Under the pieces are notes generated by a model that worked only from the letters and a program-made list of their open reading frames with translations, made no database searches and was not told the DNA's origin. From Flaccisagitta enflata (lineage: Eukaryota), in assembly GCA_965153355.1 (NCBI GenBank), contig OZ231126.1:21886001-21950000 (forward strand): a DNA stretch of 64,000 nucleotides, in the 5' to 3' direction. Positions within the stretch are counted from its first letter, which is position 1. Each line of letters starts with the position of its first letter. This document shows positions 39,584 to 53,575 of this stretch, one piece after another. Position numbers and translations under genes: made by a program.

Positions 39584-42500
39584 GAAACCTCACAACACAA
39601 CACAACACAACATGACAAGAACCATTAAAAAATTCAACTGAGGCCGATCATTTGGAAAAAAGTCGTAGAAGTAGGGTACTCAATCGAAAATGGCTAAAAT
39701 GGTCAAAAATCCGAATGCGCACATGGATTGACTCGTAATTACATGTATTTTAATGATTAGAACCATAAATGACACTTTGGATAATTTTCATGCCCCTATA
39801 TAACTGAATGTGAGTGGAATCTAACAATCGTTTTCTGGCACTTTTTTTCCTCGAAAAAATTGGGCCGTACCGAGTTTCAAAATGCGTTGATATGTGCGCC
39901 CACACAAAAAAAACCTTGCCAGGTGACTAATTTTGATACTGGCAGACACGCTGGCACGAGTTGGATTGCTAGAGAGTTGAAACATGACTACCAAACTATT
40001 AATGTCTTTTGATAGGTCAAAAAACTACACATAACTTGCTTCATCAGAGAGAGACAGAGAGAAACAGAGAGAGAGAGACAGACACACGAATAAACAGCAA
40101 ACATTGTCATGTGCGGGTGGGCAGTACGTCACTTAGAGCGCCCTGAACTTCGACTGTGGCTTGGTAAAAAAATATTCCATGCAAAATTTTGGGCCTCTGA
40201 GAGAGCAGGAACCTTCATTAGGGTGACAATGAAATCTTCATAGAAATCTATGGCAGAGACAAAATTTGCATAATAAAAATATTGATTCCAATGCTTATTC
40301 AATACAAACTTCAACCTCACCCTAACAAAGGTTCCTGCTATCTCAGAGGCCCAAAATTTTGCATGGAATATTTTTTTACCAAGCCTCAACTGTGGTAAGA
40401 TTGGTGAGAGCCATAGTCAATGTTTGGGGCACTTTAATAGACGTAGTGGGCAGGGGTGGTAACTGACTGTCTGACCATCTGACTAACAAGTCATCCAAGG
40501 ATTGCACATGGTCAGCGGTACCCGATACTCTGCCTGGAATGATTAGCTGAAGAAGTGGAGTGAGAGCAGGGTAGCGGCCCCAAAGGGCCGATGTCCTGTT
40601 GGACACAGGGGTGAATTTGCATATGTCCTGAGAGTGCATATTTGAGGCCATTGTAGCAATTTTCCATGATATCAAATGGGAATTTTGCATTTTTTCAATT
40701 GCTTCTAAATTTGCCATGTTATTCAATGGGAATTTTACATTTTTTCAGTTTTCATCAATTTTCCATGTTATTCAATGGGAACATGCATTTTTCAGCTTTT
40801 TTAAAAGTTTTCCATGTTATTCAATGGGAAATTTGCATTTTGTCTATTTCCCATGTTAATCAATCTAAATTAGAGGCTTGAGAAGCTTCAGGGGGGGACG
40901 TACGTACATAATGTCAGACGGACTTAACGGTTCACCCCTGTGTCCTACAGGACAACGGCCCTTTGGGGCTGCTTTCAATGTAAATTAGAGGCTTGAGAAG
41001 CTTCGGGGGGGGATGTACGTATGTACGTAATGTCAGACGGACGTAACGGTTCACCCCTGTGTCCTACAGGACATCAGCCCTTTGGAGCTGCTGCCCAAAA
41101 AATGAATATTGTGATTAAAGAGCACACAACTAAAAAGATAATAAGACGTCACTGTATGTGGAAGAGTAAATTCACTTCATTTTCTATTTTGCCCCACAAA
41201 ATGTGTAAAATTGGAAAAAAAGTCATTATTGCAATAAGAAAATCCAAATCTAATCCCCATGTTGACCAAAAAAGTCAACCCGATGAAATGATGAATTTCA
41301 GCTTGGCAACCATCTCAGCGAGCGAGAATGCAACATTGTTTTGTGAAAAATAACCACAGCTAGCTGGAAATTTCTGATCCAAGACTTTCTGTCAAACCTA
41401 GCTTACTCCACCATATGACAATGTAAAAGTTGGAAAGGTCTTGGCAAGAATGAACTTCAGCCATTGTAAAAACAAGGCCGGATATACGGGCCAAGACGGT
41501 GCGCCAGGCATTATTTTTTCTTAGACCTATCCCTAACTCCATCAGACCTATCCCTAGCTCTTTCAGACCTATCCCTAGCTTTATCAGACCGATCCCTAGC
41601 TCTATCCGACCTATCCTGTGCTCTATCAGACCTATCTGACCTATCACCAGCTCTATCAGACCTATCCCCAGCTCTATCAGACCTATCCCAGGCTCTAACC
41701 GTAGTTGATTACTTAAGTGGATGAAATGACCAGTATCATCAATCATGAACAAAATGAACTTTCTATTGATTTCAAAAAATTCAAACATTCAAACATTCAT
41801 ACATTCGAGCGTGACCCACAGATGGACAGACGGATGGACGGACAGAGCGTTTCATAGAGGTGCTGTGGCGCACCAAAAAATCATATCATATTTCTGACTC
41901 ATTTCCAGTGATTTTTGCCTCTTTTAGAGATTTTCAACTTGAGCATGACCGACCAACTGACTGACCAACCAACCAACCAACCAACCGACCAACAGAGCTA
42001 GTTATAGAGGTGCAATGGTGCACCTAAAAAGGAAAATTAAATTGCGTAGCAAGGTGAACACGATGTATGAATTGTTTGCGTCAGTTCTACGCATCGATTC
42101 CATGACATTATTCATTCTCCAACTTCTAATGAAAAGGGTTCACAGTTTCGCCTCTCGCCATTTTCCGCCATATTGCAGGAGATTTTTAAAAACAGATTTA
42201 AAATCGGCAAAGCTTAATCTACAAGGCGTATGGGCGAACATGACCACACGGTTCTCTGATTTCAGTCTAAACGAGGTTTACTAAGCATTGTTTTATTTTC
42301 TGTAAATTATGACTATTTTCATCGCCAAAAAAAGCACTGTTGTCTGACTCTGTGATAAATTAAGCAAAGTCTGATAAAAATAATGATATTTTCTTAAATT
42401 TTGTAGCAGATATGCTAGGGTCGAGGGACGTTAAAATTTCTGACAACTTTTTTCTCTCCCTCAATTTCTCTGAGTTGGCGCGTTTTAGTAGCCTAGTAGA

Positions 42501-42791
42501 AGTCGAAAAAATCGAAGAAAAATGATTTTCCCATTATCTTATGGGGCGTTTGAGCCAAATGAGACTACACATGAAATCAATAGCTAAGAAAGAGCTAATT
42601 TTCCTCTTTCAGATCTTTTCACATCTTTCTCATCTTTTGCGATGATCGATATTTTGCATTGATCCTAATTTTGGACTCTATGTAACAAAAATAGAAAAGC
42701 CAGCATGTTCCGCACATTGACTCCTTTTACCAGTAAAGGCGGCTCTCGCCGACCGGAAAAAAATTGTAAGGGCTGTTTTGTGTGTGTGTGT

Positions 42792-42836
<45 letters not shown>

Positions 42837-43621
42837 CAAGCTAGAAAAAGTTGTACACCAACTAGAAAAAGTTGTAAACAGCAACTCCCTCCCTCTCTCC
42901 CTCCCTCTCTCCTTCCGTCCCTCCCTCCCTCTCTCCCTCCCTCTCTTCCTCCTCTCTCTCTCCCTCTCCCTCCATCTCCATCCCCTCTCCGTCTCTTCCC
43001 CTCCCCTCTAACTTTTTTCCTGCCCTCCCTCTCCTCTCTCTCTCCGTCCCTCTCTCTCCCTCCCTCTCCCTCCCTCCCTCTCCCTCCCTTTCCCTTCCTC
43101 TCTCCCTCCCTCCCTCCCTCCTCCTTTCCTCCCTCCCTCCCCTCCCTCCCTCCTCCCACGCTTTCCCGCCCTCCCTCCCTCACCCCCCCTATGCCCTCTG
43201 CTGAACTCATTTTTGTTGTTATTTAGGGCTAAAAATTGAGATCAATGAAAAATATAGATCTTTGCGAAAAATGCGGAAAATGTGAGAAAATGAAAAAAGA
43301 TTAAAAAATTCATAGCGCCTAAAGTATTGGTCCGACAGTGCCCTGCTTTTTTCCAGAAGGTGTAAAAAAGTGCCCTCTTTCACCCTGTACCAATTTCAAC
43401 CCCAGCCTCAGGCGAGCCTAGTCGCTCCTCAACTTCCCCAAAACATCTCAAGCGAAAATGGAAAAAATTAATTCCTAAGCGAAACTCAAAAAATCGAAAA
43501 ACGTTTTTCGATTTTTTTCCCAATGACGATATCTTTCAAGTAATTCGCAATTTACCTAGCTTGCTCATGGATTTTGATGATGAACAAGTGGCCTGTATCT
43601 CTCTTTCTCTCTCTCTCTTTT

Positions 43622-43668
<47 letters not shown>

Positions 43669-44016
43669 CTCTTTCTCTCAGCATTTACAACTTTTTTCCT
43701 ACGGCGATTAGCCGCCTTTATTGGTACAGACAAATGCCAAAGAACTTTTCAATTTACATGGATCTTGCCGTAAGACAATAATGAAAATGCCAGTCGTTGA
43801 ATTGGTAGGGTTGCTCGAGAAAAGTATCAAAATACAAAAAGTATCAAAATACGAAAGTTTGAACAGCCTGAAAAAGAAATCTTAGAATGGAACGGTAGCC
43901 GTTTACGTAAGTGCAAGCCGAACCATTTAGTACTTAAAGAGCTAGCGTGCCGGGAAACCTTCAGCGCCAGTACTTGATCTTTCTCTCTGCTTGGTGACAA
44001 TTTCTACTAAATCAAA

Positions 44017-44074
44017 ATGAACCGACTTGGTCTCTTCCTCTTCGTGGCCTCCTTGGGTCTTTGCCTGGGTGACG
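44017..44074 (+). CDS. Secreted Cys-domain protein gene 1, exon 1 (signal peptide MNRLGLFLFVASLGLCLGD)
   Basis: ATCAAAATG start context, hydrophobic signal-like peptide, phase-1 donor G|GTAAG; 58 nt, same length as exon 1 of the paralog. Confidence 0.8.
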
Positions 44075-45187
44075 GTAAGGCATTGTAGACAGTTTTTATC
44101 ACGTTTACCAAAAAAGGGGGAAAAAACAGAAAAGATAATAGCAGCCCAAAGGCAGTAAGTGGTCAGCGGTACCCGTGCCCTGCTTGAGTAGGAAGTGATT
44201 AACGTTGAGAGGGAGCAGGGCAGCGGCCCCGAAGGGGACGAAGTCCTGTAGAACACAGGGGGAATCTGTCCGTCCGTCCATCCGTCCGTCCGTCCGTCCG
44301 TCCTGTCTGCTTTCCTTCTGTCCGGAATGCCCTTTAATTCAAATTTTCATTGAATACCATGGAGAAATGACAAAACGCAGTAAATGGACAATGGTACCCT
44401 TGCCCTTATTGTATAGTTTGTAGGTTAAGTTGAGGGAGGAGCAGGCCAGGATCTGGGTCTCTGGGGCCAGAATCTGGGTCTCAGAGACCACTCCTTGGTC
44501 TCAGAGGCAAGGATTTCAGTTTCTGAGGCCAGGATTTGGGTCTCTGAGGTTAGGATTTAGGTTTAAGGCCAGCACCTAGGTCTTTGAGGTCAGAATCTGG
44601 GTCCCAAAGGTCAGGATCTGGGTCTCTAAGGCTTGGATGTGGGTTTTGGGAGCTAGAATCTAAGTTTAAGGGGCCAAGATAATAGAACTCAGGCCAGAAT
44701 TCAGGTTTTCTTAGCAGATTCGGCCCATTTTACCTGGTCTTAGGCCATTTTGCCTGGATTTGGCCCATTTTGGCTGGATTTGGGCCATTTTGCTTGGATT
44801 TGGGCCATACAGTTTGGATTTCGGGCCCCAAAGGAGACGAAGCCCTGAGGGTGGGGCTGGGGGGGGGGACGGACGGACGTACGGACGGACAGATTCCCCC
44901 TGTGTTCTACAGGACTTCGTCCCCTTCGGGGCCGCTGCCCAAAAAAGAGACGCTATAGAAAGTCAGCAGAAGCATTCAAAATTCCGGACCGTTGTAATTG
45001 TAATTTACAATGTAAAGCCCTTCTAAAGATCTTTTATTTGGTTCATTTGGATACTGAATAATCCGGGTTTAAGTTTTGTTTTCCCTAAATCTCTGCATGT
45101 GTATACTTTGTCTCTTATCTTCTTTCTCTCTCGCTCTCGCTTTCGCTCTCGCTTTCGCTCTCGCTCTCGCTCTCGCTCTCGCTCTCG

Positions 45188-45245
<58 letters not shown>

Positions 45246-45246
45246 G

Positions 45247-45444
45247 ACAAACATCCGGCACCTCACGCTGAAGTTGAGGTTGGAAAGGAGGGATTGCTCG
45301 ACTACCTGAACGAGGTTTACCCATCGAAGCAAGACTTCGCTTCCCTGAAGAGTGCTTTCGACTCGTTCAAAGCGGCTAACGCCAAAGCCATGGCTCGGAT
45401 CGGGCAATCGGCCTCTTACAGCGTCAACAAGCTCAAGTCGATGG
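45247..45444 (+). CDS. Secreted Cys-domain protein gene 1, exon 2 (helical neck)
   Basis: Acceptor (CT)nCACAG|, donor G|GTGAG, phase 1/1. VEVGKEGLLDYLNEVYPSKQDFASLK aligns to the paralog's VKVGEVGLLQYLKGLYPLKSEVEALK. Confidence 0.85.
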
Positions 45445-46266
45445 GTGAGCGTGTTGGGGTCGCAGATGCCAAAGGCAAAGGCATGGTGGGAGTTGTCTGG
45501 GTAGAATCTGGAATCAACCAAGTCTTTAATAAAGGCTTAGGTTAGTCCAATACTCTATGTCATGATACTACACAGGTGCGCCAGAGCAAAAGCGTCAATG
45601 GGGTAAAGTCGTCTGTCAGACGCCTAATCATTAGTGCATAAGACGCCATGTTCATTGACATGGACATGACCATAGTAAATCCAGATCTTGAACCTTTATC
45701 GTTCTTGAGTTGTGGCTAAGGGCATGGGTGAGAGTGTATATTCTTGCATATTCCCCCTCCCCCGGCTGGGGTTTGAAAATGGGGAAGGGGAGGAAGGGTG
45801 AAAAAATAGCAAAAAAGAAAATTTAAGGAAAATTTCAATTTTGGCAGTACCAAATGATAAAACCCAATAAGAACAACACAATTTAACGCTAGCTTATTTA
45901 TTGCTTTATGGGGAAGAAAATCAAAATTTTGCAACGTGACGCGACGCTGGGAAGAGAATAAAAGGGGGGGGGGAGAGGGAAGAAATCAAAAGCTGTCAAA
46001 ATTTCTCTGTTTGTCTACGATATATATCTTGATGCTGAATCCAGTAAAGTAGTGCTGTGTCAGCCTGTGTGCATATATGAGCTATCTACGTGATGAATAA
46101 AAGACAAAATACTTTGATTCGTAGAAGAAAGATGGCTTTGATACATCGAAGTTGTTGACCACTTGAAGGCCGTGAACCACCTGACTGAGAAGTTAAGTAA
46201 TGCAAAGGGGGTTTTGTTAAAAAAAATAAAAAGTGTTACACTACTAATGGAAGTAACAAACACATA

Positions 46267-47018
46267 CACCGTCTTTAGATCGAAATGTCGCGAAAAGAAG
46301 ATATATTACTCGAAAACTGTTCATAATAATTAGTTATTTCTTTTTTTCCCTGATAGATAGTTTGATTAAGTTTTGTTACAAGCAAAGAATGTCCCACTAA
46401 CTAAAAGATTTTAGCCACCTACTCACAATAAATGAATATTGCATATTTCACATTGAAGGATTTTTTTTCCAACAACTTTTTCTTTACTTTATTTCATAGC
46501 TGTCATTTCTATACAAATTGAGCTGAACTGCTGGGCTTGGTCTAGAATTCAAGGGAATTTAATGTAGATTTTGTTGTAAGGAAAAAATGTTCACACTGAT
46601 TTTAATTTTTAACAATTTGCAGACAACTTTTCAAAATTTTCCCAAATCTTGAGGTTTTTGCGGTGTTTGGGGTCAAAATCAATCATTATTGCATCACATA
46701 AGTCAAATGTTTTAATATTTCAAACAAAACTTCATATATTCCTCATAATCAACACTGTAGGACCACTCTTGTTGAAAAAAAGAAGCATTGCTGATATGTA
46801 ACCTCATTTTTTCCATAAAAAAAACCATTTTTTGCTGAAATCGACTAATTTTTGTCATGAAATTTAGAGCAAATATATCAACACTGGGGCTTTAATTCTT
46901 TTTTTGTAATAAAACTTAATCAAATTATCTACCACAGAAAAAAAGAATCAAGTAGCTGTCTTAAGTATTTTAGGAGTAATATATCTTCTTTTTGCGACAT
47001 TTCGATCTAAAGACGGTG
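46267..47018. mobile_element. TA-TSD MITE in intron 2 of gene 1
   Basis: TA|CACCGTCTTTAGATCGAAATGTCGC...GCGACATTTCGATCTAAAGACGGTG|TA; TIR about 45 bp. Confidence 0.85.
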
Positions 47019-47120
47019 TATCACATTCCAGACAAATACAGCGATTAACACATAGAATTGCCCATGCACATTCGCACGCAATTTGCAACGTATTTGGCCT
47101 CTTTTCCTCTCATTTTACAG

Positions 47121-47311
47121 GCGTGAAAATGTCTTGCTCGACGCACTACACAAAATGCGACCTTGGAGGTGGAAAGCATGGTGGTATGGAATACTTGGAC
47201 AGGCAGTCGGTCTACTGCCCTTCCAACAAAATCCTGTCTTACTTCAGACTTAACCGTTGCGGAGATGACAAGGCCAGATACATTTACAAATGTTGCAAAG
47301 TTCTTTTGTGA
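47121..47311 (+). CDS. Secreted Cys-domain protein gene 1, exon 3 (six-Cys EYLDRQ domain); total 148 aa
   Basis: Acceptor TTTTCCTCTCATTTTACAG|; GVKMSCSTHYTKCDLGGGKHGGMEYLDRQSVYCPSNKILSYFRLNRCGDDKARYIYKCCKVLL*. Confidence 0.87.
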
Positions 47312-49938
47312 TTGCGCATCACAATCTATCGCTGATTATGCCACCACACCGTCGTGGAGCCTTTGATATGGAAAGAGATATTTTTATGATAAATCAGTAC
47401 TAACTTAGGCGGCTCAAGTACTTTTGTTGCCACTTCCTGCACACATTTCTCATTTGGTATTTAGGCTGCAATTAAAAAAAAAAGTGAAATGAGTATTTGA
47501 TGCTTTACTTTCTTCAGGCTAGATCAGACTTGCTGCCGAAGACAACATCTTAGTCTAGCTAGAGGAATGATTATTCATGATGATCCTCAGATATCTTCAA
47601 GCCAATGACAGCACTGTGCACACATATGTTTGATTTACAGAGGCTAGCATCTAAGATATCATACTAGCAAGCATTTTGTTTGTCATTTTTTTCCTATTTC
47701 TCAGAGAAGAAAAAAAGAATGTCACTATCGAAATCGAAGTTTCAAAGAGAAAAGAATGATTGATTATTGGAGCCTTCCCGTTGTCTGCATTTTTTAACGA
47801 TTTCTTTTTTGTCCGAAAGAAATGAAACAGGTCGCCCAAGGGCAATATGTGGTCAGCAATACCCGTTGCCCTGCTTTGCATGATTGTGAATTGGAGTGAG
47901 AGAAAGCAGGGCAGCGGCCCCAAAGGGGACGAAGTCCTGTAGAACACAGGGGACTTTTGTTCGTTCGTCCGTTTGTCCATTTGTCCATCTGTCTGTCCTC
48001 TCAGGCTGGTGAGGGCAGATTTCAGGCCTGAGAGGACAGATTCACGGCCTGAGAGGGCAGATTTTAGGCCTGAGAGGGCAGATTTCAGGCCTGAGAGGGC
48101 CGATTTCAGGCCTAAGAGGGCAGTTTTCAGGCCTGAGAGGACAGATTTCAGACCTGAGAGGGCAGATTTCAGGCCTGAGAGAAAGATTTCAGGCCTGAGA
48201 GGGCCTAGGGGGGGGGATGAACAAGCAAACAAACGGATGAATGAATGAACGAAAGTCCCCTGTGTTCTACAGGACTTTGTCCCCTTCGGTGCCGCTGCTC
48301 AAAAAGGAACAAGGCCTGTTACATGACTACCCTAGTCGCGTATTGGTGGACTTGAAGAGAGAGGCGAAAAGTTCTTAAACGCAAATGTATTGAACAGGGT
48401 TGGAAAGACAGATCGACAAAATGACGGACTAACAATCCAATAGACATAAAGTAGTACGCGACTAAAACGAAATGTCACTTTGACATTGATGAGTTCAAGA
48501 AATTTGATATGAATGATAAGGAGTCCTAGGCTTCGATCTCTGTGGTATTTGTTATAATAATATTTTGTGACTATAACTTATTAGTGGTTACTGGTAACCA
48601 CTAGATACTTTATCATATTGCTTCAGCCTAAAGGAAAAGAAACCACAAAAGTATTGAGAGCTCAACGGTACCCATTTCTTCTAGGTAACGTCTGTTCAGC
48701 AGTTATTAAGACAAGTACAGTAAAACAGTGAAAACACCCCCCATGCATATCACTGCAAAATACCGGAAAGCCCTATTTAACATGCTAAAAGTCTATGCAA
48801 AGATAGATGGTCAGATGCGGATTTCACGACTAAAAAGCTGAAGATAAGTTGTTTTTTTTCGAATTTGCCCATAAATTTTGATCGATTTTTCAAAGATGAA
48901 GATTTTCAAACTTCAAGCCAAAGTTATGTAAAAACTGATACCTGGGTGTCGCAAGCTAATGGTTAAGAGGTGGTAAAGTAAACAAGAAGCAACTAAAAAA
49001 GAGCAAAATTTATTGACTCTTGTTTAACATACCAGGAAATACTTACAAAATGTCCAATATTAGGGATTCGTACTGTTACTTACCACCTAAAATGAAGCAG
49101 GCACCGTTTTAGCACTGCCCTCTCAACAATTGATGTTATTAGGTGTCTAGTTGCTAAACAATATGATACAGGATTGATCATAGTTATAAGCGTGCAATGA
49201 TTTTGTCGCTTCTACGTATAGGGTTTATACAAAGAAGCCGGTATTTTGGTTGAACTTAAATTGAGCACAGCAAATGCCAAGACGCCAAGATAAATTTCCT
49301 CCTAAGACGTGGTAAATAAATCTTGAATGGTAGATTTCAGAGTTGGCTGTGGGGCCCAGCTTGTTAGTTTTAGTATTTGATGCAGTAGACGGTCGTGAGG
49401 ATTTTCGGTCATCAGCCTTGCGGGGATTACTGCCAAAATTAAAAATTTAGTCAACTTGTCTTTCGATGACACATTCATATTCTTTTTCACTGTTCCAGAA
49501 AAGAAAGACGATAAGCCAGTGGTCCTGGTTCAGACTTTTTAGTTCCGTATACTCATTAATATTCCAATATCTGAATTGATACTCTTTCCGTTTCAACAAG
49601 GCCGGATACACGGCTACCCCATTCGCGTGCGGTTGGGCAAGGACCATATTTGGCGTCACTAGACCGTTTGTGCAGGAGCAGTGAGGTAGTAAAAAAAAAC
49701 ATAAAAAAGGTAGTAGTGTGACGGGCCAACCGACCGACTGACCGACCAATGGATGGACGGATGGACACAGCGGGGTGCGGAGTAACGAAGCATGCGACTA
49801 AAAATAATTTCGTAACTGATCCTTTTTCTTAAAAAGAGCTTATCATCAAAATTAAGAGACGCTACCAATTTCATTGAAACCTTTTTCAAGAAATTTGAAT
49901 CTGACGTCGAAAGACTCACATCTAGATTCGCCATCAAA

Positions 49939-49996
49939 ATGAAAACGATATTTGCTTTTCTGTTGTTGGCTTTGTCTGTGGCCTGTCTTCACGGAG
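49939..49996 (+). CDS. Secreted Cys-domain protein gene 2, exon 1 (signal peptide MKTIFAFLLLALSVACLHG)
   Basis: ATCAAAATG context, classic signal peptide, phase-1 donor G|GTAAGT; 58 nt. Confidence 0.85.
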
Positions 49997-50635
49997 GTAA
50001 GTACCTAGAGGCGCAAAGTACTGCAATTCATGTGATGATCATTTGACATTTGACATTTGTCATTTGACATCAATTTTAAGCTTTTTAGGTTCTTTTACGT
50101 CATGTCGTGTTTTTGTATCTATACACGAAGTCTTATCACAATGAGTTCATTTTTGGGCAGCGGCTCCAAAATTGTAAAAGTTCCTTTTAAACAAATGCAA
50201 AGCTATCCATCCAACCATTTCTTTGTCCATCCATTCATTTATCCATCCATCCATCTGATCAACCATTCATCCGTCCATCTGTCTGCCCATTTGGCTGAAC
50301 ATATGAAAATCCTTTGTGTTCTACAAGACTTCTTCCCCTTTGGAGCCGCTTCCCTGCCTCCTTACACTTGCAATCACAATCATAAACAGCGGGGCAAAGG
50401 GTATCGTAGACTGCGTATTGCCCTTGAGTGACAGCAGTCACAGGCAAGTTGAAATATGGCCAAAAAATTTTGCATGCGCCTATGATAGACCCTAATAAAG
50501 AATCATGATAACAATTTTTTGGGAAGTCACTCAAGGGCAATACCTCACCATGGTGTAATCCTGCAATGATTCAGTTATTCATTTGGAGCTTACGAGGATG
50601 ATTTTATCAAATAGACTTTTGACTCCACTTAACAG

Positions 50636-50761
50636 AGCCCGACGTAAAAGTGAAAGTGGGCGAGGTCGGTTTACTCCAATATTTGAAAGGATTGTATCCA
50701 CTCAAGTCGGAAGTGGAGGCCCTGAAAAAGCAAATCGAAACTCTGAAGACGAGTCCTCACC
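50636..50761 (+). CDS. Secreted Cys-domain protein gene 2, exon 2 (helical/coiled-coil neck)
   Basis: Acceptor CTTAACAG|, donor C|GTAAGT, phase 1/1; EPDVKVKVGEVGLLQYLKGLYPLKSEVEALKKQIETLKTSPH. Confidence 0.85.
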
Positions 50762-50934
50762 GTAAGTGAGCCCAAGTCAAAAACCTTGAACATTTTGACA
50801 GATTCATTTTTCTGCCATTCAGATTCTGTATTCTTAATTCCCATGTAAGTTTTAGCGAGGTCAGATCCCGATGCAGTCAATACTGACACATGCCCTTGGG
50901 CTGCATTAAATGCTTCTGACATTGGCTTTCAGTA

Positions 50935-52682
50935 CTGTAGATCTTGTCTAGACTTGAGATGACGGGGGCAAGTTTTATGGGAACAGAAATGAAGGTAGAG
51001 GACTGATATTGATAAAATAACAACTTATTCCGACTACTAATGTATCAGTATTTTAGTGGAGATTTTTTGAAGAAATATTACTTAAATTCAAATTTTCTAC
51101 AACTTTCCCACAATATTCTTAGCAAAAACATCCCTTGTTTGGCCGTTGCCGGGGAGCATATGCATATCTATGAAATGTGCAACAAAAAGTATCTTACAAA
51201 AAACTTTGAAGAAAAATGTTTTTCAAAATCAACTGAGAATCTAAAAATAAACAAAACATTCAAAAGTTACTTATTCCTGTATAGTATATGCTTCCACTCA
51301 TATACTCACCTATCCAATTTTAGGTACGACCTAATTTTAGTGGTTAATGAATATCAAAACCTTTGGATAAGTAATTTTTTTGCAGAAAACAAGGCTTTTG
51401 TCTTAATATTAAACAAATATTTTTTCATGTATATATATGTGACAACCTTGTGATGCTCCCAAGCAACCGCAAAATGAGCAACATTCTTACAGAATACACT
51501 CGGGAAATGTTGTAGCCAATTTGATTTTAAGCAATATTCCCTAAGAAGATCTAAAAATATTGATATTTAAGCAAGAATACATGCAATTGTGTTTCCATGG
51601 CAACTAGATATCATGGATAATAAAGCTTCCTTTCATTAGTCTATGATTCAAATATCACTCCCCTAGCTTCATTTGTTTTTCCACAACGCTTGCCCCCTTT
51701 ATTTCAATTCTAGACAAGATCCTCTGTATACTCCCTCTATCTTTTGATCAGGTCACGCCACAGGGAATGAGTTTGAAAATTTGAAAAACAAGTGCGTCAT
51801 ACTACTCGACTAAAAAAAAAAGCGCACCCTATTTTGAGTTGATGTATAAGAAAAAAAGATATTTGAAATTTTTTCTTTTCAGGTGATTTGAAAGATTTTT
51901 GAATTTTCTTTTATTCTAGACCAATCCCGGATCTGTATCTTAAACGGTTTAAGAGCTAGAGCTCTTCAAAGAAAAGCACTATTTTGGTAAAATGCTTTTT
52001 TTTTTTTATGGGGATTGCGAAACTGAAATGGGCAACATTTTTACTCAAACTAATGCCATTTCTAAACCAAAAAAGATAGCAATACCAGATTGGCGCCAAA
52101 TGAAAGATTTTATCAAAGGGCTTTCTAATGGTCTCAGATTTTGATTAGTTTTTTTTAAAATTTAGTATGACAATTTGTCATTTAAAAGTTCGGCTTTTTT
52201 ATTGAGTCGAGTAGTAATTAGCAATCACACGATATGTAAAAAAGATATGATGTTGCAAATTGTTATCTAGATAGTTACAGTAGTTACAGTAGATGTCGTC
52301 TAGACTTGGAAATAAGGGGGAATTTATTACTGTAAGATAAATCTAATTAGGAGACTGATATTTGGAATATAGACAAATAAAAAGATGGTTTATTGCCCAT
52401 GGATGTTGGTTACCATGAAAGCACATTTCCATGTATTCACGCCAAAGTATATATGTGGGAAAGTTCTAGCAAATTTTTTTTTAAACAATGTTCCCTCAAA
52501 AAAATTCTCAAAAAATTGATACTTTAGTAGGAATTCATGGAAATGTGTTTCCATGGCAACCAACACCCAAGGGCAATAAAGCATCCTTTTATCAATTTAT
52601 TTTCCAAATATCAATCTCTTAAAATCATTTGTCTTCCTGTAATGAATTCCCTCGTAATTCCAAGTCTAGACGACATCTACTG
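50935..52682. mobile_element. Cluster of three TA-TSD MITEs in intron 2 of gene 2 (50935-51726, 51802-52214, 52287-52682)
   Basis: TIR pairs GATCTTGTCTAGA/TCTAGACAAGATC, CTACTCGACT/AGTCGAGTAG and CAGTAGATGTCGTCTAGACTTGGAA/TTCCAAGTCTAGACGACATCTACTG, each flanked by TA. Confidence 0.75.
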
Positions 52683-53575
52683 TACTATATCGAAGCATTT
52701 CATGCTAAAAGGTTGTGTAAACATTTCCACACCTTCACAGTCCCAAAGTTGCTTATTAATCACATGTTTAATTCCTTAAATTCTTTGTTTTTAACACCAT
52801 ATTTCAAAGCCTATAACTTGAAAATGGTACGAAAAAACAAAATGAAATTTTTACCCATGAAAGAATTTGATATAATCTGTATCTGCTAAAGATTTCATGC
52901 TTTCATCTTGCTTAAGTGACGGAATATTTGATACACGGCTACCGAAGTTGCGTGTGAGTGGGCAGTGGCGGGTGGCGTGCGGGTCACCAGACCATTTGGG
53001 CAGGAGTAGTGAGGTCAAAAAAATAAAATCATAAAAAAAGTGTGACCGACCGACCGACCAACCGACCAATCAACCAACCAACTAATCAACCAACGGACAA
53101 AGCGGGTTGTGGAGTCGCGTGCACGTGACTAAAAAAGTGGTGGCATGTGGCATTCGATGTGCCGCGATTGCCCCTTTTACTTTTTGTCAGGCGCATACGA
53201 CCAAAATCCTCTGTCTGTCGGACGATTAGTCGGTCGGTCACACTAGTTTTTTTTTTTTTTTGCGTTTATGGTCAGTTTATGCATTACTGCTCCTACCAAA
53301 ATATTTGGTTTGCCTTTTACATCACTACCGTTACTTAACCTCACGCATTTTGGGTAGCGGTGTATCTTGATAAATAGGCTTCCTGATGAAGAAACAAACT
53401 GATGTGATGAGCCCATGACGAAGACTGATCTAAGGGCACACATCACCCTATGTCATCACAGTGCAAAAAGTCACTCGTATTTAGGTCATTGGAAAATAGC
53501 AGGTAGGAAAAAAATGTGTTTTAACTGCGATTAACCGATGACATGACGCCTTTCGATCACCTTACTTTTTCCTAG

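Noticed and set aside
45099-45545. 148-aa RS-repeat ORF suggesting an SR protein
   Set aside because: The RS part is the intronic (CTCG/CT)n polypyrimidine tract; only 45247-45444 is exonic.
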